Source of the DNA: Candidatus Thorarchaeota archaeon
GTDB lineage: Archaea; Asgardarchaeota; Thorarchaeia; Thorarchaeales; Thorarchaeaceae
DNA length: 26,785 bases
Assembly: GCA_020348985.1 (NCBI GenBank)
Contig: CP070761.1
Coordinates: 2,864,121-2,890,905 of the forward strand
Direction of reading: 5' to 3'
Shown in pieces: positions 8,881 to 17,881 of this stretch. Under the pieces are notes generated by a model. That model was not told the DNA's origin, searched no databases, and worked only from the letters and a program-made list of their open reading frames with translations. Position 1 is the first letter of the stretch, and every line of letters begins with the position of its first letter. A program made the position numbers and the translations under genes.

Positions 8881-10098
8881 ATGTTTGCATCGATGAGCAG
8901 ACAAGAAGACATCTCCAAAACAGAAGCTGAGCTTCAATTCCACGTCCGGCATGTTAGGTGGTTTGTGAATTTTATTGCAGAGCCGAGTCTTGCTGGCGAA
9001 GAACTTGATGCAATCTGCTCGAATCTGGCCGGAAATATCGAGAGTGCACTGGTTGAAGATTCTGCAATTGACAAACTGGCTATCGAGGTCGAAGTCAGTT
9101 GGGGTCAGGTTGCGGAGATGAATCTGGAAGAGATGACGTGGCTGGGCATCCTTAAGATTCAGACAGATTTGGGTCACGCCCGAATTGACGTCAAAGACAT
9201 TCAGAATGTATCAATACGTCTGACTAAGGTGTTAATGGAGAATTTTGGAGACCTCAATCAACAAGGTCGTATTATGTTTGACACAGAGTCTCCTCTCTAT
9301 GTAGTTCTCTCCTCTGACAAAACGAGTCCGGAAGTCGACGCATGGGATACTCAAACCATTCAGCGATACAAGAAGGAGTTGGGACCGTATCTGGCTCTAT
9401 ACAGTGGTCAATGGCCGGACTATAGCGACGAGCTATACAATCGTCGAATTGAGAAGAACCTTTCAAATCGAACAACTGAGCTGCATTTCTATGCAAGGAA
9501 TAGCGCTTTCATATACATTGAGGGGGAAGGATACGAGAAGTACTGGAACTATGTTGAGGACGTGATGGACCCCCCCCTAGTTCGTGCACGTGGTGTGATC
9601 TTTGTGATGTTGAAACTTCAGGAGTTAATCCAACGATTCCATCAAGAGCTTCCTGACCTAAAGATGCAAGATATTTCCATTATCGAAGAAAAACAAGCAG
9701 AACTTGAGAAGACAAATCGGTCCCTAATGCAGTTGATTGCGGCAATTCGTCGAGAAAACATGGTTAACATGCGGGCTCATGCTCGGGCACTAAATGACCA
9801 CCTGGTCGACATATTCCGAATTGAGGAGGTGCTCTCTCATGTCACGAGCGAGCTGAACTACGTCCACGAGTCTGTTCAGTCGGTACATGAGGAAAAGAAT
9901 CGAGAGATCCAAAAACGCCAGGAACGGCTCTTCCTTTACTTGAGCATCATCCTTGGAGCTTCAGTTGTCACTGAAGCAATCAACATACTGATTGCACCCT
10001 ATGTAGACACACCAGAGTATCTGATTATACGTTACTCAATGGCGCTATCAATCGTTGCCATATTTTTGTTCATTATGATAAGGATCTTCAAGAAGTAG
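8881..10098 (+). CDS. Hypothetical protein with soluble N-domain, long helices and 2 C-terminal TM segments (CorA/RMD1-like architecture)
   Basis: 405 aa. Heptad-like charged helices at about aa 240-350, then two TM helices. No GMN motif. Confidence 0.6.
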   Translation: MFASMSRQEDISKTEAELQFHVRHVRWFVNFIAEPSLAGEELDAICSNLAGNIESALVEDSAIDKLAIEVEVSWGQVAEMNLEEMTWLGILKIQTDLGHARIDVKDIQNVSIRLTKVLMENFGDLNQQGRIMFDTESPLYVVLSSDKTSPEVDAWDTQTIQRYKKELGPYLALYSGQWPDYSDELYNRRIEKNLSNRTTELHFYARNSAFIYIEGEGYEKYWNYVEDVMDPPLVRARGVIFVMLKLQELIQRFHQELPDLKMQDISIIEEKQAELEKTNRSLMQLIAAIRRENMVNMRAHARALNDHLVDIFRIEEVLSHVTSELNYVHESVQSVHEEKNREIQKRQERLFLYLSIILGASVVTEAINILIAPYVDTPEYLIIRYSMALSIVAIFLFIMIRIFKK

Positions 10099-10564
10099 GG
10101 GTCACTCCTGGGTGCTGCTTTAGGCTTTGAGCAAAAGCTTCAGCATTCCTTAGGTCTTCAGCATTGGGTCTAGCCTTGTTCATTCCCCCAAAGAACCTGA
10201 GGAAGCTATTGGTGTTGAAGCCGTGACAATTGAATTCGCCAATGATCACGTATCCTTTGGATTGCAGTCTTTCCCTGAGTGGTGTGTGGAATGCGTCGGC
10301 ATATGTTGTAACTCCACTAGTCGAGAAAATGAATGCGTTCCTATTGGTGACCTGTGGTATTCTATCAGCAAATTCAAGCAGAGCTCTGTGGTGTTTCTCA
10401 TCATATATCCCTGAGCCAAAGCCTACCAGATCGAAATCTTGAAGCTCATCAGGGCTTGCTTCCCGTGGTGTCCTTATCTGTGCATCAAGAATTCTCGCCA
10501 TAACGTTAGCAATCTTCTCGGTATTCTTGTGGTGAATTGAGAGCAAAACCAAGAGTGTTCTCAT
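10088..10564 (-). CDS. Flavodoxin family protein
   Basis: SIHHKNTEKIA (FMN phosphate loop), DLVGFGSGIY, FIFSTSG, GEFNCHGF, RPNAEDL. Start placed at the second Met. Confidence 0.9.
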   Translation of the reverse strand: MRTLLVLLSIHHKNTEKIANVMARILDAQIRTPREASPDELQDFDLVGFGSGIYDEKHHRALLEFADRIPQVTNRNAFIFSTSGVTTYADAFHTPLRERLQSKGYVIIGEFNCHGFNTNSFLRFFGGMNKARPNAEDLRNAEAFAQSLKQHPGVTPTS

Positions 10565-10683
10565 TGAACGCACATCAATCTCTTACATTTCCCAGAAACA
10601 GTGCTTTCCTACCAAGGGCCACTTATCTATCCATCTCAATTTCGAGATTGAGGGTTAGAAGGTTAACCCTAGCTGATTGGTTT

Positions 10684-11757
10684 TCACTCATTCGTTTTCC
10701 TCTTGAGGAGAGATGGAATCACAATCAGTGCACCTATAGACAGAAGAGAGAATGGAAAGGCCCAAAGCCACAAGTGACTAGGTGTCGTTACTGCGTAGGC
10801 ATAAGTCCCAAAATCCTGGAAGTCGATCAAGATGAACTCTCTGTCTTGGTCTGCAAGATATGTGTAGACACCATCGAAGTAGACATCATGGGGAGCAGCG
10901 TTTTCATACTCAGCAATAAGAGTTGGATTCCCAGGGTCTGTGACATTGAGAAGCTTTGCACCTTCTTGTAAATCAGCAAGTGCTAGACATTCACCATTTC
11001 CGAAGACACCATAGACCTCACCAACATCGTTGTACGAGCTTCGGTAGGCAGGGTTTTCTGGCGATGATATGTCAAATATCCTGACACCCATACTATGGGA
11101 CGCCAAATACAGGGTATCTTCATGCACACTGATATCCCATGCGCCAGTCGCAAATGATACAGTTCTGATGATGTCTGGAGTAGTGGGATCGCTAACGTCA
11201 ACCACCACAAGGCCATCATTAGAATCTGCAACGTATGCAATGTCGCCATTTACGAAGACGTCAAGGCTGTAAGAACCAACATCAAGACTAGCAAGTTCTG
11301 AAGGATTTGACGAGTTGGTGACATCAATTATCTGTAGGATTCCACTCAGCTTCACTACATATGCGCGGTCTCCTGTGACATAGAGATTCTGGATACCGCT
11401 CACAAACGAATGCGTCTCGAGGATTGCTGGATTCGAAGGAGTACTGATGTCTACAATAACCAATCCTTGGGAATCTGCTCCAGCATACAGTGTATCATCT
11501 ACAATCTCCAAGCCAAAAACGCCATCAGACACAGGAATCTGGTTGACACGAATGGGATAATTGTGGCTGCTGATGTCAATGACTGCCACGCCATCATTGT
11601 TTGAAACGAACGCATATTCATCATGGATTGTGAGATCATATCCGACTGACAATCCTGGAACAGTGACATCAGGATTGGTTAACACGGTCACAAAGACTGC
11701 TGACAAGAGCCCCAGGACTATTAGAACAACGGATAGAACATTTCGCTTCGAGGGCAT
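10684..11757 (-). CDS. LVIVD-repeat beta-propeller surface protein
   Basis: Seven ~41-aa repeats ending in variants of GLVIVDISxPxNP, with N- and C-terminal hydrophobic helices. Start placed at MPSKRNVL (11757). Confidence 0.85.
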   Translation of the reverse strand: MPSKRNVLSVVLIVLGLLSAVFVTVLTNPDVTVPGLSVGYDLTIHDEYAFVSNNDGVAVIDISSHNYPIRVNQIPVSDGVFGLEIVDDTLYAGADSQGLVIVDISTPSNPAILETHSFVSGIQNLYVTGDRAYVVKLSGILQIIDVTNSSNPSELASLDVGSYSLDVFVNGDIAYVADSNDGLVVVDVSDPTTPDIIRTVSFATGAWDISVHEDTLYLASHSMGVRIFDISSPENPAYRSSYNDVGEVYGVFGNGECLALADLQEGAKLLNVTDPGNPTLIAEYENAAPHDVYFDGVYTYLADQDREFILIDFQDFGTYAYAVTTPSHLWLWAFPFSLLSIGALIVIPSLLKRKTNE

Positions 11758-11886
11758 TGTTATGCGAGAATCACATCTGATGTCTACTGAAAAGAGGCAT
11801 GTTTGACGCATTGCGTGTATCGTTACTGGAATGAAGTAGTGGAAGCGTATCGGCGCTTCCATCTCAGAAGAATGTCCTCTGCCAGA

Positions 11887-12546
11887 CTAATTCCTTCGAG
11901 CAACGACTAGAGCCGCGATGACAATCAAGACACCAACGGCCCCTATCCCGAGTATGAGAGTGGGGTCAATTCCACCAAAAAGACCCTGGTTGGGATTATA
12001 ACCATCTCTAATGGTTTCACTAGAGCTTATGACCTCATCTGTTGAACTCACAAGCCCAAGATATCTGTAGTTCAATGCTCCATCCGCCTTGGAGAATCTA
12101 AGCTCCTGCGTCTGCGTTGAATCGGCAAATGTGGCCTCGTAAGCGATTATCCAGTCAGTTGCTGTTTCTGATACAACTCCTTGAGCATGGACCTGTGCGT
12201 TGTGGAGCTCCGTCGCCAGACTCCAATTACCAATTGCCACTACTGCCCAACCCATCTGGTAAATCTGCGTACCGTTGGCAAGGAAGTATATTGCCGAAGT
12301 GTCAGTTATCTGCGAGAAGTCGGTAACAGGGTCAGGGATCGTCTTTAGCGAAATGACTCGGGCATAGAATTCGTATGTTCCTTCAGGATCGCCTGGTACT
12401 GATGGTTGATAGTATGAGACCGTATAGTCAATCCGATCCTCCACCTCAATTCCCCATTCGAATCCCTGTGAGTTTGCCGCGTCAACTGAGCCAATGCTCA
12501 TCGAGATTAAGGCTATCACCAACACAAGCACTATGATTCTTCTCAT
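11887..12546 (-). CDS. Secreted protein with C-terminal TM anchor (hypothetical)
   Basis: Signal peptide MRRIIVLVLVIALISMSIGSVDA, beta-rich body starting GFEWG, C-terminal TM ending RRN. Confidence 0.75.
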   Translation of the reverse strand: MRRIIVLVLVIALISMSIGSVDAANSQGFEWGIEVEDRIDYTVSYYQPSVPGDPEGTYEFYARVISLKTIPDPVTDFSQITDTSAIYFLANGTQIYQMGWAVVAIGNWSLATELHNAQVHAQGVVSETATDWIIAYEATFADSTQTQELRFSKADGALNYRYLGLVSSTDEVISSSETIRDGYNPNQGLFGGIDPTLILGIGAVGVLIVIAALVVARRN

Positions 12547-12665
12547 TACTCTGTTTGCACCCCGGGGATGCAAGTTGCGCCAGAGAACCGAGATTTATCC
12601 TTTCTGATGATTCATCTAGGAAACCTTTTCTTACTGGAATGGCTTGGGACCCGCAGTGAAGAAGA

Positions 12666-14411
12666 ATGGCTGTGAGACCTATCGAGCGATATCCTCTAGA
12701 TCAGATCATCGATGTAGCCGCTGCACGAACTAGAGCTGATACGGTTCTGAAGAATGCTAGGGTTGTGAATGTCTTCACCGGAGACATTGTTGAGGGCGAT
12801 GTTGCCATACACAGTGGGTTCATCGCTGGTGTTGGAGAGTACGTGGGCAACAACACTATCGATGTGAAAGGCAAGTACGTTGTTCCTTCATTCATCGATG
12901 GACATGTTCACATTGAGTCTTCAATGGTTATGCCTATGCAGTACGCCCGGGCCGTCGTACCCCACGGTACAGGTGCGGTCGTTGCAGACCCTCATGAAAT
13001 CGCAAACGTTCTGGGACTGGAAGGTATAATGTACATGTCCAAGAGTGCTCGTGGAGGTCCGATGGATTTCTACCTGATGTTGTCCTCATGTGTTCCATCA
13101 TCTGACCTAGAAACGAACGGTGTTTCGATGGACTTCCTTGACATCACCCCATTCATGACGGAGCACTACGTCTTGGGCCTCGCGGAAGTAATGAACTACC
13201 CTGGTGTTGTGTATAGAGATCCGGCCGTTCTTGACAAAATCAGAGTTGCTCTCGAGCATGACAAGCGTATCGATGGTCACTCGCCTGGCTTATCTGGACT
13301 TGACCTGAATGCTTACGCGTCTGCAAGGATTACATCTGATCACGAATGCACGACGCTTAAGGAAGCAAAGGATCGGCTTGGAGTGGGAATGCATATCCAC
13401 ATTAGAGAGGGTTCAACTGCAAAGAACCTCAAGGACCTCTCTCCTCTGATCCAGCCAGACACTGCGATGTTCTGTAGCTTTGTGACTGACGATAGGAACA
13501 CCCTAGATCTGATGGAGAATGGTCACATTGATTCGATGATCAGAGAAGCGATATCATACGGTGTGGACCCGATCCTCGCCATCAAAGTTGCCACCTTGTC
13601 TACGGCGAGACATTACGGGTTGAATTATAGTGGCGCAGTGGCACCAGGATATCGTGCGGACATTGTAGTACTTGATTCTCTGAAGAAGATAGGGGTCCAG
13701 ATGGTATTCAAGGATGGACAGCTGGTCGCTAGAGACGGTCGACTCACATTCGATGTAGGTGAACGTGAAGCTCCCAGACTTCGTCGTTCAGTGAACATTC
13801 ATTGGCTTGAGCCTGAGGACTTCCAGGTGAAGGCTAAAAGCGACCAAATGAATGTCATTGGAGCGATTCCGGACCAAATCATCACTGACCATCTGATAGA
13901 GGAGACAAACATCGTGGATGGCCTTGCGGTTCCGGATATCGACCGAGATATCGTGAAGATATCTATAATCGAGCGGCACAATGCAACAGAACCCAGTCCT
14001 GTTGGCTTTGTAAAAGGCATAGGCATCAAGGAAGGTGCCATGGTTTCATCAATCGCTCATGATAGTCACAATATCGTAGCCGTCGCAACTAATGACAGTG
14101 ATCTGATTCAAGCTGCTATTCAGATTGTCCGGATGCAGGGTGGAATTGCAGTTGTCAAGGACGGAGAGGTCATTGCATCACTTCCTCTGCCGATTGCCGG
14201 TTTGATGTCTGATTCACCGATTGAAGTGGTAGCTGAGGGGCTCAAGAAGCTCAAAGATGCGTCTGATGAACTTGGCTCTACTCTAAAGGAGCCATTTATG
14301 GCTATGGCCTTCCTTTCACTTCCAGTCATCCCCAAGCTAAAGATTACCGACCTAGGACTAATCGATGTCGAACGCTTCAGGATAATCGACTTGTTTGAAG
14401 TCCCGGAATAG
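12666..14411 (+). CDS. ade: Adenine deaminase
   Basis: 581 aa with FIDGHVHIESS, DPHEIANV, LAEVMN, IDGHSP, DHEC, REGS, TDD, AHDSHN, LPIAGLMS and FLSLPVIPKLKITD. Confidence 0.96.
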   Translation: MAVRPIERYPLDQIIDVAAARTRADTVLKNARVVNVFTGDIVEGDVAIHSGFIAGVGEYVGNNTIDVKGKYVVPSFIDGHVHIESSMVMPMQYARAVVPHGTGAVVADPHEIANVLGLEGIMYMSKSARGGPMDFYLMLSSCVPSSDLETNGVSMDFLDITPFMTEHYVLGLAEVMNYPGVVYRDPAVLDKIRVALEHDKRIDGHSPGLSGLDLNAYASARITSDHECTTLKEAKDRLGVGMHIHIREGSTAKNLKDLSPLIQPDTAMFCSFVTDDRNTLDLMENGHIDSMIREAISYGVDPILAIKVATLSTARHYGLNYSGAVAPGYRADIVVLDSLKKIGVQMVFKDGQLVARDGRLTFDVGEREAPRLRRSVNIHWLEPEDFQVKAKSDQMNVIGAIPDQIITDHLIEETNIVDGLAVPDIDRDIVKISIIERHNATEPSPVGFVKGIGIKEGAMVSSIAHDSHNIVAVATNDSDLIQAAIQIVRMQGGIAVVKDGEVIASLPLPIAGLMSDSPIEVVAEGLKKLKDASDELGSTLKEPFMAMAFLSLPVIPKLKITDLGLIDVERFRIIDLFEVPE

Positions 14412-14423
14412 GACCGTAGCTCT

Positions 14424-15239
14424 TTATCTCTCTGCTGTCAATCCCAGTGTGATCCTTGCGGATCTAAACTGTTTGTGCTTCTTGTATCCAACTGCTGTTG
14501 CCATCATAGACCCGATGAAGACCAGAATCACTGAGAATGTGAACGCTCCAAAAAGAAGCGGGAGGAGCCACGGAATGGGATTGATCAGCAAATTGAAGTA
14601 GAGTCCCCTGCCAATCAGGAATGCGGCCTCTGCAACCAGTATGATTAGAAGCACTATTCCTGATCCTAGTTGTCGTTCATGAATGTACACCTGAAGTGCC
14701 GTCTGCAACAGAATCGCAGAGAGAAGATTCCCCAGAATGCTTAGGACAATAACAATATCACCGGGAAGGAAGAACATCGGAAGATTCGCTGAATGGGTTG
14801 TGAAGTACTGGAGATATATCATTGATAACACAAACACAAGTTCGAATATCATCATTAGTACAGCACCGAGCCCCGTAACCCGAAGGATTAGGTTGTCAAT
14901 ATTGTCAGCCCAATCCATGTTCACCAACTGTTGATACTCCCTGTTGAGTGGCTTTGCCCACTGACTCTCATCTACACAATACTCTTTGTCGCAGTTGACA
15001 ATGGTAAACAACTTGCCGCCATAGTCAGCAACCCTGTATTCGATATCTTCCTCACAGAACATCTCATTGCAAACATGACAGACTTCGACTGCAAGGCGAT
15101 CAGGATGTCTTGAACAATTCCGGTTCTGGTCGGATCCGAGAACTGGGCTGGCACAGTATTCACAACGATTGACTTTGTCATTATGCTCTATGGGGATTCG
15201 GCCGCCGCAGACTGGACACATGATATGCTGCACTTGCAA
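14424..15239 (-). CDS. Zn-ribbon + B-box-like zinc finger membrane protein (4 C-terminal TM)
   Basis: CPVCGG...CEYC, then CSRHPDRLAVEVCHVCNEMFC...CDKEYC, followed by four TM helices. Confidence 0.7.
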   Translation of the reverse strand: MQVQHIMCPVCGGRIPIEHNDKVNRCEYCASPVLGSDQNRNCSRHPDRLAVEVCHVCNEMFCEEDIEYRVADYGGKLFTIVNCDKEYCVDESQWAKPLNREYQQLVNMDWADNIDNLILRVTGLGAVLMMIFELVFVLSMIYLQYFTTHSANLPMFFLPGDIVIVLSILGNLLSAILLQTALQVYIHERQLGSGIVLLIILVAEAAFLIGRGLYFNLLINPIPWLLPLLFGAFTFSVILVFIGSMMATAVGYKKHKQFRSARITLGLTAER

Positions 15240-15240
15240 T

Positions 15241-16668
15241 TCAGTTCTGCCTCCTGAAATACGTCTCAGTCACATGTCGTTCACCAGCATATCTGGATCC
15301 TCTGTACTCCCAATCACGCTGGTCTTCTCTGAGAGTTGACTCCTTTGTCTTAGCAGGGGCACCAACAGCGATGCCCTTCTCTCTTGCTTCAGAGAGTGAC
15401 AGGAAGTCCGTTCGGCTGATGATCTTCACAGCCTCTATCGTAACCCCCACAAGTCCTGCATAGAACAGGAAAGGTATGATTACTATTGCACCCAGCAGCA
15501 ACACGACACCGATTGCCAACGGAATTGCTACTACGGCGACCACGACAGCAATCAGAACCATGGCTGCACCATCATTGCTGTTTCCTTTTCCTCCAGCCTT
15601 CATAACACTGGCTGCAAGTCTAAGTGTGAATTCCAGAACATATCTCATTACGGCACTGTACTTGCCGAGGAACTTCCTGTATATGCCACCGACTCTAGAG
15701 AACCTTGAACCAGCCTTGTCAAACAACTGGTCGATTGGTAGCACCAAGGATGTCGTTGTAACCGCTGGTCTGTAACGACCCTCAAAGCACTTCTGGCAGA
15801 TGTGTACAATTGAACCCTTCCATCGCTTATCCACAGGAGGCTCCTGCGCAGTCAAACACATGCGACAGAAGTGTTCACCACATACGTCACAGTTCGTGGC
15901 CGCCAGATACTCGGGATGATTCTCACAGGGTACAAACACGCTACTGACACCGAGCCTGACCCCACAATAGTCACATACCAGCGTGTTGTCGTCTTCGACC
16001 TTGGTCAACGGCGTTGCACCCCCACAATTGGAGCACAGGACTGCCATACCTTCATCTGTGGTTACACGACGCACATCCATGATTCTACGTGAATCATCAT
16101 CAGAGAGAGTCGTCTCACCATCTGGGGAAATCAGAGAGGGAGTGAGCGGACTTGGAACAATACCAGTGACAATCTGTTTGGCTATAACCCGGTCTCGCTC
16201 GACATAGACGTCTGAAGGAGGCGCCACCTCATTCCATTTGACAATGAGGTATAGAGCAAAAAACGCCTCAACTACAACAATGAAAACAGCGAGGTTTCCA
16301 ATTGCTACCTGAACTGAGATTTCATACAATGGGAATGCCCATTCGTATCCGATGCCCCAATACATCAAGAAGATGGCAGCCATGGCGATTGAGAAGAGAC
16401 TGTATAAAATCTGAGCGACTACTGCATTCCGTCGGAGGTCATCTACATAGTTGCCAATGACAAGGCATGGAATGACCACTCCAATCAACAAGACAACAGC
16501 ATATACAGGTCCCAAGTCCGCAACGCCAGGAACTCCCCCTACTATCGCCAGCACTAGACCAATAAAGGCAACGAGAGCCAAGAATCCGAAAGTCATCTGT
16601 GTCAGACCAATCATCCGAAGTCCGAAAGGTCGGTCGAAAATTGTCGCAGTTTGCGCTTCCTCAGACAC
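15241..16668 (-). CDS. Membrane protein with central Zn-ribbon + B-box-like zinc finger (4 N-terminal TM plus a C-terminal hydrophobic hairpin)
   Basis: CSNCGG...CDYC, then CENHPEYLAATNCDVCGEHFCRMC...CQKC. GTG start with GGAGGAG upstream. Confidence 0.7.
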   Translation of the reverse strand: MSEEAQTATIFDRPFGLRMIGLTQMTFGFLALVAFIGLVLAIVGGVPGVADLGPVYAVVLLIGVVIPCLVIGNYVDDLRRNAVVAQILYSLFSIAMAAIFLMYWGIGYEWAFPLYEISVQVAIGNLAVFIVVVEAFFALYLIVKWNEVAPPSDVYVERDRVIAKQIVTGIVPSPLTPSLISPDGETTLSDDDSRRIMDVRRVTTDEGMAVLCSNCGGATPLTKVEDDNTLVCDYCGVRLGVSSVFVPCENHPEYLAATNCDVCGEHFCRMCLTAQEPPVDKRWKGSIVHICQKCFEGRYRPAVTTTSLVLPIDQLFDKAGSRFSRVGGIYRKFLGKYSAVMRYVLEFTLRLAASVMKAGGKGNSNDGAAMVLIAVVVAVVAIPLAIGVVLLLGAIVIIPFLFYAGLVGVTIEAVKIISRTDFLSLSEAREKGIAVGAPAKTKESTLREDQRDWEYRGSRYAGERHVTETYFRRQN

Positions 16669-16854
16669 TTAGTTTTCTCCTCCGAATCCAGACCTTTGTG
16701 TGCAACTTGTCTCATCTCTGGGAGTTCTGTTTTTACTCTTTGCGTCTGGAGGGTAAACAATGCCAACGATATCCTGCACGATAGGCTCTTAAGTAGGAAC
16801 GACAAGCCACATCCAAGATTGTCAGACCTATAGGACAATTCGTGGGTGAATTCA

Positions 16855-17028
16855 ATGACCGAAATTCCTATGCCTAGTGATTACGGCGCGCAGCCGCCTC
16901 CGGCCGAGAAGAAAGGATTCTGCTCCAAAGTTTGTGAAGCCTCCTGTGTCGCGTTGGCTGCATGCATCATCTGCGTCCTTGCGATATTCATCATAATCAT
17001 GATAGCTCTAGGATTCTTCTTCTTCTAG
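16855..17028 (+). CDS. Small Pro-rich/Cys-rich tail-anchored membrane protein (CYSTM-like)
   Basis: MTEIPMPSDYGAQPPPAEKKGFCSKVCEASCVALAACIICVLAIFIIIMIALGFFFF, with GGGTGA just upstream. Confidence 0.6.
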   Translation: MTEIPMPSDYGAQPPPAEKKGFCSKVCEASCVALAACIICVLAIFIIIMIALGFFFF

Positions 17029-17201
17029 GATCGTCTGATGTAACACACTGTTTCCAAATGCATGTCAGTCAATCCCAGAAGGAGGATGCTGGGTGGTCTG
17101 CTGCCTATGGAGCACAAAAACAAAGACATAATTGGTCTGCATCGTAACGGAGTACACTGGTTTGAACAATTCAGACTTCTCAAGGGAGAAACCGATTTTC
17201 T

Positions 17202-17879
17202 GTGTCTGATCAAGACGAAGAGAACAACACAATCGTAGGGGAGGCCGAGGGGCCTTTCGCAGGAATGGGCCGAATTGAACGAATCATGAGAGCCCTTGAG
17301 ATCACTAAGGGTGTTCAGATAGCACGCCGCTACCTGGCCATGAATGCCTTCGATGGCGCGCTTACAATGCTGGGTCTTATTCTCGGCGGCCTGATTACAA
17401 TAAACCCGTTGAATCCAATGCCTGGATTCACTGCAATACTCGTAGCCGCCGCAGGCACAAGCATCGCGATGGCGATCTCGGGTTTTAGTGGATCATATCT
17501 TGCTGAATCAGCGGAACGAGACCGAGAAGTGGAGGAAATGGGTAAGGCAATGCTCTCTGACATGAGCGAAACGATGTACGCTCACGCATCTAGAACAACT
17601 TCAGTCGTTGTTGCCGTCGTCGACGGACTCTCACCAGCAGGTGCTGCTCTCATCATCATAACACCGCTGTGGTTCGTGCCAGGTGGATATCTTGCGTACA
17701 ACATAGCCTTCTACATGGCAATTATCATATGTTTCGCGCTTCTTTTCGTTCTAGGAATGTTCCTGGGGACAGTTTCGAGAAGGAATATGTACATCTACGG
17801 GGCAAAGACGCTTCTTGCGGGTCTTGCCACCGCCGCGCTGATGCTTCTGATTTCTATTTTGACTGGTGGGAACATCTAG
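17202..17879 (+). CDS. VIT1/CCC1 family (archaeal TIGR00267-like) metal transporter
   Basis: ARRYLAMNAFDGALTMLG, AMAISGFSGSYLAESAER, DGLSP, LFVLGMFLG; five TM segments. Confidence 0.85.
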   Translation: MSDQDEENNTIVGEAEGPFAGMGRIERIMRALEITKGVQIARRYLAMNAFDGALTMLGLILGGLITINPLNPMPGFTAILVAAAGTSIAMAISGFSGSYLAESAERDREVEEMGKAMLSDMSETMYAHASRTTSVVVAVVDGLSPAGAALIIITPLWFVPGGYLAYNIAFYMAIIICFALLFVLGMFLGTVSRRNMYIYGAKTLLAGLATAALMLLISILTGGNI

Positions 17880-17881
17880 CT

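Noticed and set aside
14424-16668. Reading the CxxC/CxxH motifs as heme-binding, RING or Fe-S sites
   Set aside because: There is no CxxCH motif and no ferredoxin CxxCxxC spacing; the spacing fits zinc ribbon plus B-box better than RING.
17029-17201. Possible ncRNA (C/D-box or SECIS-like) in the 173-nt gap, including CCCAG...CTGGG
   Set aside because: No complete C/D boxes, only a 5-bp stem, and no in-frame UGA candidate selenoprotein nearby.
17669-17881. 71-aa N-terminal extension of the desulfhydrase ORF
   Set aside because: It overlaps the VIT1 gene in another frame; family homology begins at ATG 17882.
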